Source: Octopus vulgaris (Eukaryota). From it: a stretch of DNA of 64,000 nucleotides. Each line of letters begins with the position of its first letter. Positions within the stretch are counted from its first letter, which is position 1. The stretch is taken from assembly GCA_951406725.2 (NCBI GenBank), contig OX597830.1, positions 78,864,001 to 78,928,000 on the forward strand, given 5' to 3'. The notes below the pieces were generated by a model, which was not told the DNA's origin, did not search any database, and saw nothing but the letters and a program-made list of their open reading frames with translations. Both the position numbers and the translations under genes were made by a program. This document shows, in pieces, positions 38,350 through 53,016 of the stretch.

Positions 38350-39586
38350 CAAACTATTCGACAGTTTGAGAAGCAGAGCAACCATCGTCGTCGTTGCCGT
38401 CACTGCCGAAAGCTCAACGGGGGATGACGACTAATGACGGAGAGGGACGGAACTGGCGATTAACAACGAAGCTTACCGAAAGAAAATGTCTGAATTTCTT
38501 TGAACTTTCGGCTGACGCAATAGCATTCAATGACTAAAAGGTTATACCAACCTATACTTCAACTACCACTAACACCACTATCGCGACTATTACTGCTATT
38601 AAAACCAGCACCACAACCACGACTAATACTACTACTACAACCACAACCACTGCCCTCCTTCCTATTACTAGTACAACTTCAAACATCACCACCAACACCA
38701 TCGCTAATGCTGCTATCACCTTTCACAACCAACACCACCATCACCACCAACACCATCACCACCACCACCATCACCACCACCACCATCACCACTAATTGGT
38801 TTATCGATTAGTCTGTCAAAGCCCTTTCGTCCCAGTCTGTGACCTTATCAATGACTTACCAACGTGCTTTTTAAGCAACTCTTTCTCCGCAATACGTATT
38901 ACATTTTCACTCTTCCTCTCATTTATTTGTAATAAACCTGAAGTGAAACATAACCAGTGTGCGTGTTTTTATTGGCGGCACGATCCTCCCAAAAGACATC
39001 AAAATCAACCTCAACGCATGATTTCACGTCAAGAAGCTTGCAAAACAAATACAAAATACAGAGAATTAATGTGGTCTTCATCAGAGTCATGCCTGGCTTA
39101 TAACCAGAAATGTCTCTGACGAAAGTAGCATTAATACTTTAGGTCGTTCAAATTTTCTCAACCGATCGATAGTCCGATTGAGTAAACCTGTCAACAATGA
39201 ACCTATCATGACTACTGGAAACAACTGTTAGTCAAATTAATGACAGTATCACCATTAATTATAATTAATGGTCATTACATATTTACGTAATTATGCTTTG
39301 TCCTGTATATCACTTTGTATAAAAAAAAATTTAATACAGACCACAACGATTTAGATCGAACGATGTGATCGATTAAAATTTGTGAAGGGCGTCCCCCAGC
39401 ATTGCCGCTGTCCAATACCTAGAATCCGAAAAAGAAGAAAGGAAAAAAGTCTAGTTCATTGGTTTTCATTTCTCATAGAGATAAGAATATTTGAAAAAAT
39501 TGCAAACAACTTAAATGAAGTTGAATGAAAATAATCTTCATAAAAATTTAATCCGAAATGAAGAAAATTAAAAAAATAAGGTGAAT

Positions 39587-39659
39587 CATCCCTGGTGGGA
39601 TTCGAACCCACGACCTCTGGATTAGAAGTCCAGCGCGCTATCCCCTGCGCTACAGAGAC
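39587..39659 (-). tRNA. tRNA-Arg-TCT: tRNA-Arg(TCT), GTCTCTG variant
   Basis: Full cloverleaf, same sequence as 24887. Confidence 0.95.
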
Positions 39660-39905
39660 AAGACAAATTCAGCTGTTTCTAAATAGTTTTTGGATCTTTA
39701 CCTTTAGACCAACAGATTTTTAAAATATTTTTTTTTGTGACTAAACACTTTCAAACTTCGTATACTGGTAGAAGGTGTCACATAAAACAGCTTTTACTCT
39801 TGGCTTTATTGAGGACATTCTGTATGTTGGAAGTTATTTCTTAAAGTTATCGTATTTCGGTAATTTCAACCAATCAATGATGTGGGAGTAGTAGTAGTAG
39901 TAGTT

Positions 39906-39971
<66 letters not shown>

Positions 39972-40160
39972 CAAACTATTCGGCCCAGCGGAGAATGACG
40001 ACTAATGACGGAGAGGGACGGAACTGGCGATTAACAACGAAACAGACCAAAAGAAAATGTCTGAATTTCTTTCAACTTTCGGCTGATGCAATAACATTCA
40101 ATGACTAAAAGGTTACTATACTTCAACTACCACCATCACCACTATCGCGACTATTACTCC

Positions 40161-41226
40161 TGTAAAAAAACGATCGTACTTAAAGGAGTTGGTGACAGAA
40201 GTGTCTTTTAAAACGCCGTACGGTTGCCTACAAAAGAATAAGCCGAATACGTGGTATAAAGAATATGAGTGCCAGTAATGAATAAAGGAGAAAACACAAC
40301 CGTTCTACTGATTGAGAGAGAAAGACTTTATTTACAGATGTGTACAATAAGAGTGTGTATGGGTGCTAGCAGAGTGTAGTATCTGAGTGCGTGCACATAA
40401 GTGTCTCTGTGTCCGTTGTAAGTACAACAATGGTGCGTACAACAAGTGTTTGTGTCTGTGTGTTCTTGTGTGCGATACAAGAGTGAACATAAGTGCAAAC
40501 ACGGTGTATGCGCGTAAGACAGAATACAGAGCTTAGAATGAGTCTCTCGGGGTATTTCAGACAAGATGGACTTTATTTACCAGTTCGCAGTAAGGTTACA
40601 CAATAGTTATAGTCCTGTACAAGAAGTTGAGGTCACGAGGCAGAACCGGTCACTACACTTGTTGTGTGGAGGTTGTGGCTATTATGCCGCGCCGGGTTAC
40701 TTGATACAGGAATTCTTGCAGGTAGTTCTGGACTGTTAACCTTGGTGAAGTAGTCACAAACAGAGAGAAGTTAACCTGGGCGAATGTTGTGTACGTATCG
40801 TTGAAGTCGACGGTGATGATGGCGACGGTAGAGAACGGCGACGGTTGAGATGATGGCGGCGGTGGAGAACGGTCCTGAGTTGCTGCATGTTGGTCTCGTC
40901 GCTGGAACTGGCTGGTCCGGTTGTTGCGGCTGCCGCATGGTCAATGGTCAGAGACCAATGACCTAGATTCACTGGATCGCTGGGTTTTTATAACGTTCTA
41001 GAGGCTCCAGAAGAAAACCCAAAAGACTGTGTCACATGATCTTATTGGAAGGCTCTGATTGGTTGGTTTACACATTGGCGCGAAATTAAGTCAAGATACA
41101 AACTGCGCCAATCAGAGCAGGAGACACAACAGGGTCCAAATGGCGGCCAAAGTTAACTGGTATCTAGTACAACACCATTTCTAATATCTCTCTCAAACAG
41201 TGAGGATACCACCGAGCTACGCTACA
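40161..41226 (-). mobile_element. Solo LTR, about 1.07 kb
   Basis: TGTA...TACA termini; interrupts an ACC/ACT-rich tract that is uninterrupted in the sibling module (about 38560-38790). On the minus strand: CCAAT boxes, TATAAAA at about 40986-40992 and two AATAAA. TSD CTAC is reconstructed from the left flank at 30737-40 and right flanks at 52062 and 63084. Confidence 0.75.
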
Positions 41227-42187
41227 GTACTATTACTATCATCACCATCACTGCCACCACGACAACAACAACTACAACTACAACCATTGCCACTGCCATC
41301 CCTGCTACTACTACTGGTGCAACTACAAACATCACCACCATCGCCATCGCTAATGCTACTATCACCTTTCACAACCATCACCACCATCACCACCAACACC
41401 ACCACCATCACCACCAATTGGTTTATCGATTAGTCTGTCAAAGCCCTTGCGTCACAGTCAGTGTCCTTATCAATGACTTACCAATGTGCTTTTTAAGCAA
41501 CTCTTTCTCCTCAATACGTATTACATTTTCACTCTTCCTCTCATTTATTTGTAATAAACCTGAAGTGAAACATAACCAGTGCGTGTGTTTTTATTGGCGG
41601 CATGATCCTCCCGAAAGACATCAAAATCAACTTCAACGCATGATTTCACAAGAAGCTTGCAAAACAAATACAAAATACAGAGAATTGATGTTATTTTCAT
41701 CAGAGTCATGTCTAACTCATAACCGGAAATGACGCTGACGAAAGTAGCATTAATTCTTTAGGTCGATCGATTTTTCTCAACTGATCGATAAACCGATTGA
41801 GTAAACCTATCACGACTACTGGAAACAACTGTTAATCAAAATTACTACAATAAAGGAATATTTAATGACAGTTAATTATAATTAATGGTCATTACATATT
41901 TATGTAATTATACTTTCTTGTATATCATCCTGTATTTTTAAAAAAAAAGAAAAGACAGAACACAACCATTTAGATCGATCGATGTGACCCATTAAAACCT
42001 GTGAAGGGGTTCCCAAAATGGCCGCAGTCCAATACCTAGAATCTGGAAAAGAACAAAGGAAAAACGTTTAGTTCATTGGTTTGCACATTTCATACAGATA
42101 AGAATATTTGAAAAGATTGCAAACAGTTTAATAAAGTTAAATAAAATTTAACTGCAAAGAAAGAAGATTTAAGAAAAAAATGCGAAT

Positions 42188-42260
42188 CATCCCTGGTGGG
42201 ACTCGAACCCACGACCTCTAGATTAGAAGTCCAGCGCGCTATCCGCTGCGCTACAGGGAC
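42188..42260 (-). tRNA. tRNA-Arg-TCT: tRNA-Arg(TCT), D-loop AGCGGATA, G29:T41 wobble, T-loop TTCGAGT
   Basis: Full cloverleaf with two private or shared substitutions relative to 31386. Confidence 0.9.
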
Positions 42261-42760
42261 AAGACGAAATTAACTCTTTCTAAATAGTTTTTAACACGAA
42301 GTCCGTAATGTTAGGTAATTAGAGGTTTTGAACTATTTTCCTTTTTGTAGTTATACGCCCACGTGTGCGTCTAAATATACATGTATGTAGTGAAAGTTGC
42401 GTATTATAATCACTTGCCAAACAAGTATTGTTATCAAATTTAGTGCATCAGACACAGAACATTACTATATCCGCTGTTTTATGTTATCAACTTGACATGA
42501 GCCGCACGAACTTCTAGAGATAGCAACCACTAAATTTTCCTTCAGAAAAAGTTGGGTGATCATGATTGGAACGCTTAAGTATATGGTCTGCTGGACAGCA
42601 GATATGATCACACTTGGTATGAGGGATACATATAATTTCATAATCCTTTTGTATGATACTCACGAGAACAACTTGAGGTAATCTCTTTCTGTAACAGAAT
42701 AATACAAAAACAAGTACTGCCATTTTAATTTAAAAAGACAAATTGTCTGCGAATGTAAAT

Positions 42761-42821
42761 CTTCCCTGAATACCACCCCTGGATTGGAAGCCGGGCGCGG
42801 TATCCGCTGCACTACAGGGAA
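42761..42821 (-). pseudogene. tRNA-Arg-derived pseudogene (unit copy)
   Basis: Near-identical to 31972. Confidence 0.82.
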
Positions 42822-43837
42822 ATTGTCTGCATTTTCAATGATACACTCTTTGTTGCCGTGGCAACTATGGCAGCAAATGGTTTCCACTTCCGGTTGTGAG
42901 GACACTGGATTCATTTCATTGGCTAAAAATATATAACTGACAATACTTCTATCTTGTCAATTATTAAATCTTCGAAAACAAAAAACTAAAAAGAAAAAAT
43001 GAACGTGATATTCAAATTCAGCAGCTAAACTACATCTGTGTGGGAAATTTGAAAAAAATCCTTTGACAATTGAAACATTTTTTCAGGTCGTTGTAAGAAA
43101 ACGAACAACATCCATTCTAAAAATTTCTTTTGCAAATCAGAATTGAAACCGAAGGAGTCGATATGGGCCGCTCCAACTACAGGAAACAGAAAATTAACCT
43201 TCAGTCAGTCGTACACTACCGCAGCGTTTCTCAACCGTAGTTCCCCGGAACACTAGTGTTCCGCAAAATGTTCCTAGGGGTTCCGTGAGAAAGAGTGAGA
43301 TAAGCTAATGCTCATTTCATGATCGTAATAGTGCTATACGTGCAAGGCGGCGAGTTGGCAGAAACGTTAGCACGCCGGGCGAAATGCTTAGCGGTATTTC
43401 GTCTGCCGCTACGTTCTGAGTTCAAATTCCTCCGGGGTCAATTTTGCCTTTCATCCTTTCGGAGTCGATTAAATAAGTACCACTTACGCACTGGGGTCGA
43501 TATAATCGACTTAATCCGTTTGTCTGTCCTTGTTTGTCCTCTCTGTGTTTAACCCCTTGTGGGTAGTAAAGAAATAGATTACATTGGATAAGGTATTTTA
43601 TAAAAGGTGTGGAGTAAAAAGTTGGGTAATCATGATTGGAACGCTTCAGAATATGGTCTGCTGGGCCGCAGACATGATTACACTAAGTATGAACGATGAA
43701 TGACGAATTACATATAATTTCATCCTCTTTTTATATGATACCCACGTTAACAACTTTAGGTAATTTCGTTCTTTAACAGAATGATAAAATTAAAAAAAAA
43801 CGGTACTGACATTTTAATTTAAGAAACAAAATTAATG

Positions 43838-43931
43838 TGCCCCGGGTGAGGGTCGAACTCACGACCTTCTGATTCCTCGGTTTTTGTATGCGATTATGAG
43901 ACTGACGCGCTGCCTACTGCGCTACCGAGGC
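43838..43931 (-). tRNA. tRNA-Met-CAT: Elongator tRNA-Met(CAT) with intron, type B, anticodon-stem mismatch (T41A)
   Basis: As 33051, but the 3' exon starts ATCAGA (position 43870), giving an A29:A41 mismatch. Confidence 0.8.
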
Positions 43932-45606
43932 CACTGCCGGAAGAGTTAATATTTTCTGATTATAGTCTCGGCATAATTTTACCAGTGCCTCTGGGTGTAT
44001 GTGTGTGTGTGAGAGAGAGAGACAGAGAGAGACAGAGAGAGAGAGAGAGACAGAGAGACAGAGACAGAGACAGAGACAGAGAGACAGAGACAGAGACAGA
44101 GACAGAGACAGACAGAGAGACAGACAGAGAGAGACAGACAGACAGAGTGTGTGCATCTGTGTGCGCGCGCGCTTGAAATTTCCCTTCGATCAATCATACT
44201 CAACTGTCTTCAAAATGATGCCATCGAAGACTCCATTGAACAAGAAGATATCAGATACATAATGTTTAGGTAAAGGCAGGATAATCATGTAGATATATAT
44301 ATATATATGTATAAAGTATATGGCTTAATTTATTAAACAAAGTTCAACAATTTCATTCGTCTTTATGCAATGGAAGAGAGGAGATTGGATGTTAAAATGG
44401 ATTGTAGCTTTTATTTTTCATAATGCTACACAATTGTTTCATACAAATGGACTCAGATATTCATAAATAGAAAATAGTAATAGTCATACTTGTACTCCTC
44501 AGTAGATAATAGAAAAACAAACAAAAAGTTTAAAGTACATAGGTTTTGGGACTTAGTCTATTTCATTCACAAAATGAAGCCCCTTCAATTTTGCTCAGAT
44601 TACTCTCAATTTTGGTGTATCTATGCAAATCTGAATTTTGATGACAATCAACCAATTACTTTATCTTGTAAATTAAAGAATCTGATGTTATTTGGTATTT
44701 TAGTTGGGAAATTTCGGTAATTCTAGCTAATCAACAGACGACGTGGCATTAGCGACTTGTTACCATGACAACCGCATGCTGTGTTGTGGTTCATTGTCTG
44801 TGCCGCAATTTGTTCTATGTTCATTTTTCACATTTGATTCTTCACACCACGAGATTCTTTTCACCCCGGGTGTTTTGTTTTAACTTTTCTGTGTCTTAGT
44901 AAATTACATATTTTCTGTGTTTTTTCTGTGTGTTAGTGTTTTTACATATTTTTCATTTCATATATTTTGGGGACTCATTGACTCAGATAGCTGGATTTAT
45001 GATTTCACTAGGTTAATTCTATTCATAAAAATTTTAATTAAGAGTATTTCTTAAACCGTTAGCTTCACATTTCAATAGTTGGATCTTTTCAATTACAGTC
45101 ACAGGTTTTTTTAATTAATTTTATTTTAACTAAACAGGCGCAGGAGTGGCTGTGTGGTAAGTACCTTGATTACCAGCCACATGGTTCCGAGTTCAGTGCC
45201 ACCGCGTGGCACCTTCGGCAAGTGTCTTCTTCTATAGCCTCAGGCCGACCAAAGCCTTGTGAGTGAATTTGGTAGACGGAAACTGAAAGAAGCCCGTCGT
45301 ATATATGTATATATATATATATGTGCGTGTGTGTTTGTGTCTATGTTTGTCCCCCTAGCATTGCTTGACAACCGATGCTGGTGTGTTTATGTCCCCGTCA
45401 CTTAGCGGTTCGGCAAAAGAGACCGATAGAATAAGTACTGGGCTTACAAAGAATAAGTTCCGGGGTCGAGTTGCTCGATTAAAGGCGGTGCTCCAGCATG
45501 GCCGCAGTCAAATGACTGAAACAAATAAAAGAGTAAAGAGTAAACAGTAAACAGTTTGAACCTTCGGATACTGGTTGAATGTGTCACGTAGAACACGGTT
45601 TACTCT

Positions 45607-46077
45607 TATAATGGGACTCGAAGGTATCTTCTCCCATTACAGTTATTTTCTGTAGTCTTAGGATCTGGAACTCGAAGAAGAAGAAGAAGCTTACAAGCGG
45701 ATGCAATTCAATGATTGTATATTTAGTTCTCATTCATGGGGTTCGTTCCCGGCGACCATCCGTATGGCAGCGCGTAGTTCGTTATAGCTCCGTTCACGTG
45801 AGGTACATTACCTCTGGAGATAATGGGTGAAGATAGAGCAGGACAAGAATTTGCTTGTGAGCTGCCAGTTTGCAATGTTGCTCAGCGTGAGCGAGAACGC
45901 AAGAGAGAGAATCACCTTAAGACGCCTCCTTAAATAATGTTGCCCACGAGAGCCTCGCTGTGGTCTCGCACATGTCAAACATGGTTGTCGGCGAGATCTC
46001 GCTCTTGTCTCGGGCATGGTAATGGCTGCCAGCGAGATCTCGCACAAAATGGCGCTGGCTTCTTGTGTCACGCTACA
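45607..46077 (-). mobile_element. Solo LTR, 471 bp (unit copy)
   Basis: Near-identical to 34790, same CTCT TSD. Confidence 0.7.
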
Positions 46078-46601
46078 CTCTTAACGTTTTTTGACAAAAT
46101 TTTGTATTTTAGAAGTTATTTCATATTAAAGTTGTCGTATTTGGGTAATTTTAACCAATCAATGACGTGTATCCTGTTGAATAAAGTTACTTCTGTGTGC
46201 GATAGTAATGGAATAGCAACAACTTCCGCGTCATCGGATCATGAAAGAGAGAGGGGGGGAGGGGAGAAAAGTATAAAAGATAAGAAAGGTGGGTGAGAAG
46301 AACATAAGTTCTTTTATAGGGAATACATACCTGTGTATGTGCGTATGTATTTTTTCTATCATATCCAATGTGTCCTCTCGCTTATATAATGCTACGTGAC
46401 ATTGAGAGAGATTTGGCTATTATTTCTAGCAAATCGTAGAGAGACATGGAGAGAGAGAGAACGGAGAGAGTGGTGCTGTGTTGACGATCTGAACGACAGC
46501 CTATATAAAATTACCAACCCCACCTACTACTCCATATTAATTTATTAAACCCTCCCCTTTTCCTTGTTTCCATTCGGGATTCTATCAGCTTTACATATGA
46601 A

Positions 46602-46650
<49 letters not shown>

Positions 46651-47324
46651 CGGACAGCATGAACTGTCGTCAACTGCACAATCCCCACTCCTTAAAGCTT
46701 TGTATTCCTTGCACCCACCTCCCTTTCTTTTTCTCCACAAATACAAGACAGGCATACACAATAGTGAAATACGCATTAAATAAACACACGCAGACAAATA
46801 TATTAATAGAACAAGTTTTAAAAAATAATAAAAACATACAATCAATGAAGAAATAAAAAAAAACAGTAAGATGCTTTATGGTATTTTATTAGGTATTCTC
46901 TGTTTTTTTTAAACCTTCAATGAACAGGTCATGTCACAGACGCTAAACGCAGAAAATTTCTGTCTCGCTATTGGCTAAAAAACTTTTTCCTCCATTTTTT
47001 TTTCTCCATAACATCATACCTTCATAGCATTTAGACTGGAAAACTACACTGTAATAGCCGATTTTCAGATTATTTACTTCCTCTTAAATAAATGCATATA
47101 TTTTAAATGAAAAAACACTAGCCCCTGGTTTTTTTCTTAGTTATTAATTTGGGATTTGTATATTCGTTCTTCCAGTCACATTTATTTGAATCTAGTCTAA
47201 AAAATATAGAAAGCTGGTGTTAATACAAGTAATATTAAATCTGACATCCTCTTTATCAAATCCAATATGTATCTCTATTTAAAACCTCCTAATTTTTTTT
47301 GTTTTTTACTGGCCAAGCTGTGTA

Positions 47325-47397
47325 TCACAACCTTCAGATGACTTGATTTCATACTTGATTATAGGACTGACTCTCGGTCTACTGCGCTACCGAGGGC
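47325..47397 (-). pseudogene. Degenerate tRNA-Met pseudogene (unit copy)
   Basis: Same sequence as 36523. Confidence 0.85.
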
Positions 47398-48016
47398 AGA
47401 AGATCGCACTGCTCATATATAATGGTAACAATCTCGGCACAGTATTGCAGCATGTGTGTGCGCACGCGCGTGTAGATGTTCTGTTAGAACAAACTATACT
47501 GCGCTAGATGCCATGAGAGAAATTTTCATACTGGCTTTGCATGCAATATGCACAAGAGTGCATTTTGCACCAAAAAGCCAATATGAGAGTGTCACTCACA
47601 ATATCTACCGCAGTGTAGTTTGTTCTAACAGAACAACCACATTTAAGTGGGGATAAATATCGCTTTCAGATTTTGGCTCACGGTCATCATGTCCGGTGGG
47701 GCAGAGAGTAAGACAATTACATAGACCTCAGCGCCCGACTGGTATTTATTTTATCGACCCTGAAAGGATGAAAAGGAAGAGTTAACCCCTGGATATTACT
47801 CTTTACTCTTTTACTCTTGTACTTGTTTCAGTCATTTGAATGTGGCCATGCTGGATCACCGTCTTTAGTCGAGCAAATCGACCCCAGGACTTATTCTTTG
47901 TAAGCCTAGTACTTATTCTATCGGTCTCTTTTGCCGAAATGCTAAGTCACGGGGACGTAAACACACCAGCATCGGTTGCCAAGAGATGTTGGGGGACGAC
48001 AAACACAGACACACAA

Positions 48017-48135
<119 letters not shown>

Positions 48136-48748
48136 ACAGGCTTCTTTCAGTTTCCGTCTACCAAATCCACTCACAAGGCTTTGGTCGGCCCGAGGCTATA
48201 GTAGAAGACACTTGCTCAAGGTGCCACGCACTGGGACTGAACCCGGAACCATGTGGTTGGTAGGCAAGCTACTTACCAAACAGCCACTCCTATTAATGCA
48301 AATAATCATATCTTCTTACACGCTACCCACGGGAACAATTGGGGCAATTTCTTTCTTTAACATCATCATCAGAAGTGACGTGGGATTTTTTCGCTTTGAC
48401 CGGCAGATTTTTAAAATAATTTCTTTGTAACTAAACACTTTTAAACTTCGTATACTGGTAGAATGTGTTACATAAAACATCTTTTTCTCTTTGTTTTCTT
48501 GAGAAAATTCTGTAGTTTGTAAGCTATTTGTTGTTTAATTTATTGCATTTCGGCAATGTTGTTGACTCCAGTGCTCGACTGGTACTTATTTTATCGTCTC
48601 CGAAAGGATGAAAAGGAAAACTCAACTTCGGGTTATTAATACAAATAAATATATCCTCTTATACGGTACCCACGGAAACAATTTGAGGTCATTTCTTCTA
48701 ACACAATCATCAAAACGATATGTGTGTGAGTAATTGAAAAAAAAAATG

Positions 48749-48842
48749 TGCCCCAGGTGAGGATCGAACTCACGACCTTCAGATTCCTCCAACTTTATGC
48801 TTGATTATGAGACTGACGCGCTGCCTACTGCGCTACCGAGGC
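48749..48842 (-). tRNA. tRNA-Met-CAT: Elongator tRNA-Met(CAT) with 21-nt intron, type A
   Basis: Same sequence as 37938. Confidence 0.94.
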
Positions 48843-49001
48843 CACTGAAAGAACATTTCTACTTTTCTGATAATAGTTTAGCTATGGGCTGATGGTTACG
48901 GATGTTAGTGTGTACCTGCGCGCGCGCGTTGTGTGTTCCTGTGTCTGTATATGTGGGTGTGTGTGTGTGTTGACCTATACATCTATCTAAATTGTATTGT
49001 G

Positions 49002-49038
<37 letters not shown>

Positions 49039-49084
49039 CAGCAGAGAGTAGTAGTAGTAGTAGTAGTAGCTGCTGCTGAGCAGC

Positions 49085-49136
<52 letters not shown>

Positions 49137-50416
49137 CAAACTATTCGACAGTTTGAGAAGCAGAGCAACCATCGTCGTCGTTGCCGTCACTGCCGAAAGC
49201 TCAACGGGGGATGACGACTAATGACGGAGAGGGACGGAACTGGCGATTAACAACGAAGCTTACCGAAAGAAAATGTCTGAATTTCTTTGAACTTTCGGCT
49301 GACGCAATAGCATTCAATGACTAAAAGGTTATACCAACCTATACTTCAACTACCACCATCACCACTATCGCGACTATTACTGCTATTAAAACCAGCACCA
49401 CAACCACGACTAATACTACTACTACAACCACAACCACTGCCCTCCTTCCTATTACTAGTACAACTTCAAACATCACCACCAACACCATCGCTAATGCTGC
49501 TATCACCTTTCACAACCAACACCACCATCACCACCAACACCATCACCACCAACACCATCACCACCAACACCATCACCACCAACACCATCACCACCACCAT
49601 CACCACCACCACCATCACCACTAATTGGTTTATCGATTAGTCTGTCAAAGCCCTTTCGTCCCAGTCTGTGACCTTATCAATGACTTACCAACGTGCTTTT
49701 TAAGCAACTCTTTCTCCGCAATACGTATTACATTTTCACTCTTCCTCTCATTTATTTGTAATAAACCTGAAGTGAAACATAACCAGTGTGCGTGTTTTTA
49801 TTGGCGGCACGATCCTCCCAAAAGACATCAAAATCAACCTCAACGCATGATTTCACGTCAAGAAGCTTGCAAAACAAATACAAAATACAGAGAATTAATG
49901 TGGTCTTCATCAGAGTCATGCCTGGCTTATAACCAGAAATGTCTCTGACGAAAGTAGCATTAATACTTTAGGTCGTTCAAATTTTTCTCAACCGATCGAT
50001 AGTCCGATTGAGTAAACCTGTCAACAATGAACCTATCATGACTACTGGAAACAACTGTTAGTCAAATTAATGACAGTATCACCATTAATTATAATTAATG
50101 GTCATTACATATTTATGTAATTATGCTTTGTCTTGTATATCACTTTGTATAAAAAAAAATTTAATACAGACCACAACGATTTAGATCGAACGATGTGATC
50201 GATTAAAATTTGTGAAGGGCGTCCCCCAGCATTGCCGCTGTCCAATACCTAGAATCCGAAAAAGAAGAAAGGAAAAAAGTCTAGTTCATTGGTTTTCATT
50301 TCTCATAGAGATAAGAATATTTGAAAAAATTGCAAACAACTTAAATGAAGTTGAATGAAAATAATCTTCATAAAAATTTAATCCGAAATGAAGAAAATTA
50401 AAAAAATAAGGTGAAT

Positions 50417-50489
50417 CATCCCTGGTGGGATTCGAACCCACGACCTCTGGATTAGAAGTCCAGCGCGCTATCCCCTGCGCTACAGAGAC
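50417..50489 (-). tRNA. tRNA-Arg-TCT: tRNA-Arg(TCT), GTCTCTG variant
   Basis: Full cloverleaf, same sequence as 39587. Confidence 0.95.
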
Positions 50490-50714
50490 AAGACAAATTC
50501 AGCTGTTTCTAAATAGTTTTTGGATCTTTACCTTTTGACCAACCGATTTTTAAAATATTTTTTTTTGTGACTAAACACTTTCAAACTTCGTATACTGGTA
50601 GAAGGTGTCACATAAAACAGCTTTTACTCTTGGCTTTATTGAGGACATTCTGTATTTTGGAAGTTATTTCTTAAAGTTATCGTATTTCGGTAATTTCAAC
50701 CAGTCAATGATGTG

Positions 50715-50780
<66 letters not shown>

Positions 50781-50969
50781 CAAACTATTCGGCCCAGCGG
50801 AGAATGACGACTAATGACGGAGAGGGACGGAACTGGCGATTAACAACGAAACAGACCAAAAGAAAATGTCTGAATTTCTTTCAACTTTCGGCTGATGCAA
50901 TAACATTCAATGACTAAAAGGTTACTATACTTCAACTACCACCATCACCACTATCGCGACTATTACTCC

Positions 50970-52061
50970 TGTAAAAAAACGATCGTACTTAAAGGAGTTG
51001 GTGACAAAAATGTCTTTAAAAACACCGTAGGGTCGCCTACAAAAGAATAAGCCGAATACATGGTATAAAGAATATGAGTGCCAGTAAATAATAAAGGAGA
51101 AAACACAACCGTTCTACTGATTGAGAGAGAAAGACTTTATTTACAGATGTGTACAATAAGAGTGTGTATGGGTGCTAGCAGAGTGTAGTATCTGAGTGCG
51201 TGCACATAAGTGTCTCTGTGTCCGTTGTAAGTACAACAATGGTGCGTACAACAAGTGTTTGTGTCTGTGTGTTCTTGTGTGCGATACAAGAGTGAACATA
51301 AGTGCAAACACGGTGTATGCGCGTAAGACAGAATACAGAGCTTAGAATGAGTCTCTCGGGGTATTTCAGACAAGATGGACTTTATTTACCAGTTCGCAGT
51401 AAGGTTACACAATAGTTATAGTCCTGTACAAGAAGTTGAGGTCACGAGGCAGAACCGGTCACTACACTTGTTGTGTGGAGGTTGTGGCTATTATGCCGCG
51501 CCGGGTTACTTGATACAGGAATTCTTGCAGGTAGTTCTGGACTGTTAACCTTGGTGAAGTAGTCACAAACAGAGAGAAGTTAACCTGGGCGAATGTTGTG
51601 TACGTATCGTTGAAGTCGACGGTGATGATGTCGGCGGTAGAGAACGGCGACGGTAGAGAACGGCGACGGTTGAGATGATGGCGGCGGTGGAGAACGGTCC
51701 TGAGTTGCTGCATGTTGGTCTCGTTGCTGGAACTGGCTGGTCTGGTCGTCGCAGCTGCCGCATGGTCAATGGTCAGAGACAAAATACCTCGATTCACTGG
51801 ATCGCTTGGTTTTTATAACGTTATAGAGGCTCCAGAAGAAAACCCAAAAGACTGTGTCACATGAACTTATTTGGAAGGCACTGATTGGTTGGTTTACACA
51901 TTGGCGCGAAATAAGTCAAGAGACAAACTGCGCCAACGCCAATCAATCAGAGCAGGAGACACAATAGGGCCCAAATAGCGGCCAAAGTTAACTGGTATCT
52001 ACTACAATATTATTTCTAATATATCTCTCAAACAGTGAGGATACCACCGAGCTACGCTACA
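50970..52061 (-). mobile_element. Solo LTR, about 1.09 kb (unit copy)
   Basis: Collinear with 40161, with small internal duplications. Confidence 0.75.
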
Positions 52062-53016
52062 CTACTATTACTATCATCACCATCACTACCACCACGACAA
52101 CAACAACTACAACTACAACCATTGCCACTGTCATCCCTGCTACTACTACTACCAGTGCAACTACAAACATCACCACCAACACCATCGCTAATGCTGCTAT
52201 CACCTTTCACAACCATCACCACCAACACCACCAACACCACCACCATCACCACCAATTAGTTTATCGATTAGTCTGTCAAAGCCCTTGCGTCACAGTCAGT
52301 GACCTTATCAATGACTTACCAATGTGCTTTTTAAGTAATACGTATTACATTTTCACTCTTCCTCTCATTTATTTGTAATAATCCTGAAGTGAAACATAAC
52401 CAGTGCGTGTGTTTTTATTGGCGGCATGATCCTCCCGAAAGACATCAAAATCAACTTCAACGCATGATTTCACAAGAAGCTTGCAAAACAAATACAAAAT
52501 ACAGAGAATTAATGTTATTTTCATCAGAGTCATGTCTAACTCATAACCGGAAATGACGCTGACGAAAGTAGCATTAATTCTTTGGGTCGTTCGATTTTTC
52601 TCAACTGATCGATAAACCGATTGAGTAAACCTATCACGACTACTGGAAACAACTGTTAATCAAATTTATTACAATAAAGAAATATTTAATGACAGTTAAT
52701 TATAATAAATGGTCATTACATATTTATGTAATTATACTTTCTTGTATATCATCCTATATTTTTTTTTAAAAAAAGAGAAAAGACAGAACACAACCTTTTA
52801 GATCGATCGATGTGATCCATTAAAACCGGTGAGGGAGTTCCCAAAATGGCCGCAGTCCAATACCTAGAATCTGGAAAAGAACAAAGGAAAAACGTTTAGT
52901 TCATTGGTTTGCAATTTTCATACAGATAAGAATATTTGAAAAGATTGCAAACAGTTTAATAAAGTTAAATAAAAATTTAACTGCAAAGAAAGAAGATTTA
53001 AGAAAAAAATGCGAAT

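Noticed and set aside
38530-39119. Recurrent ORFs MTKRLYQP... and MVYRLVCQ... in each unit
   Set aside because: They recur only because the DNA is duplicated. Sibling copies have frameshifts and stops, and no protein family is recognisable.
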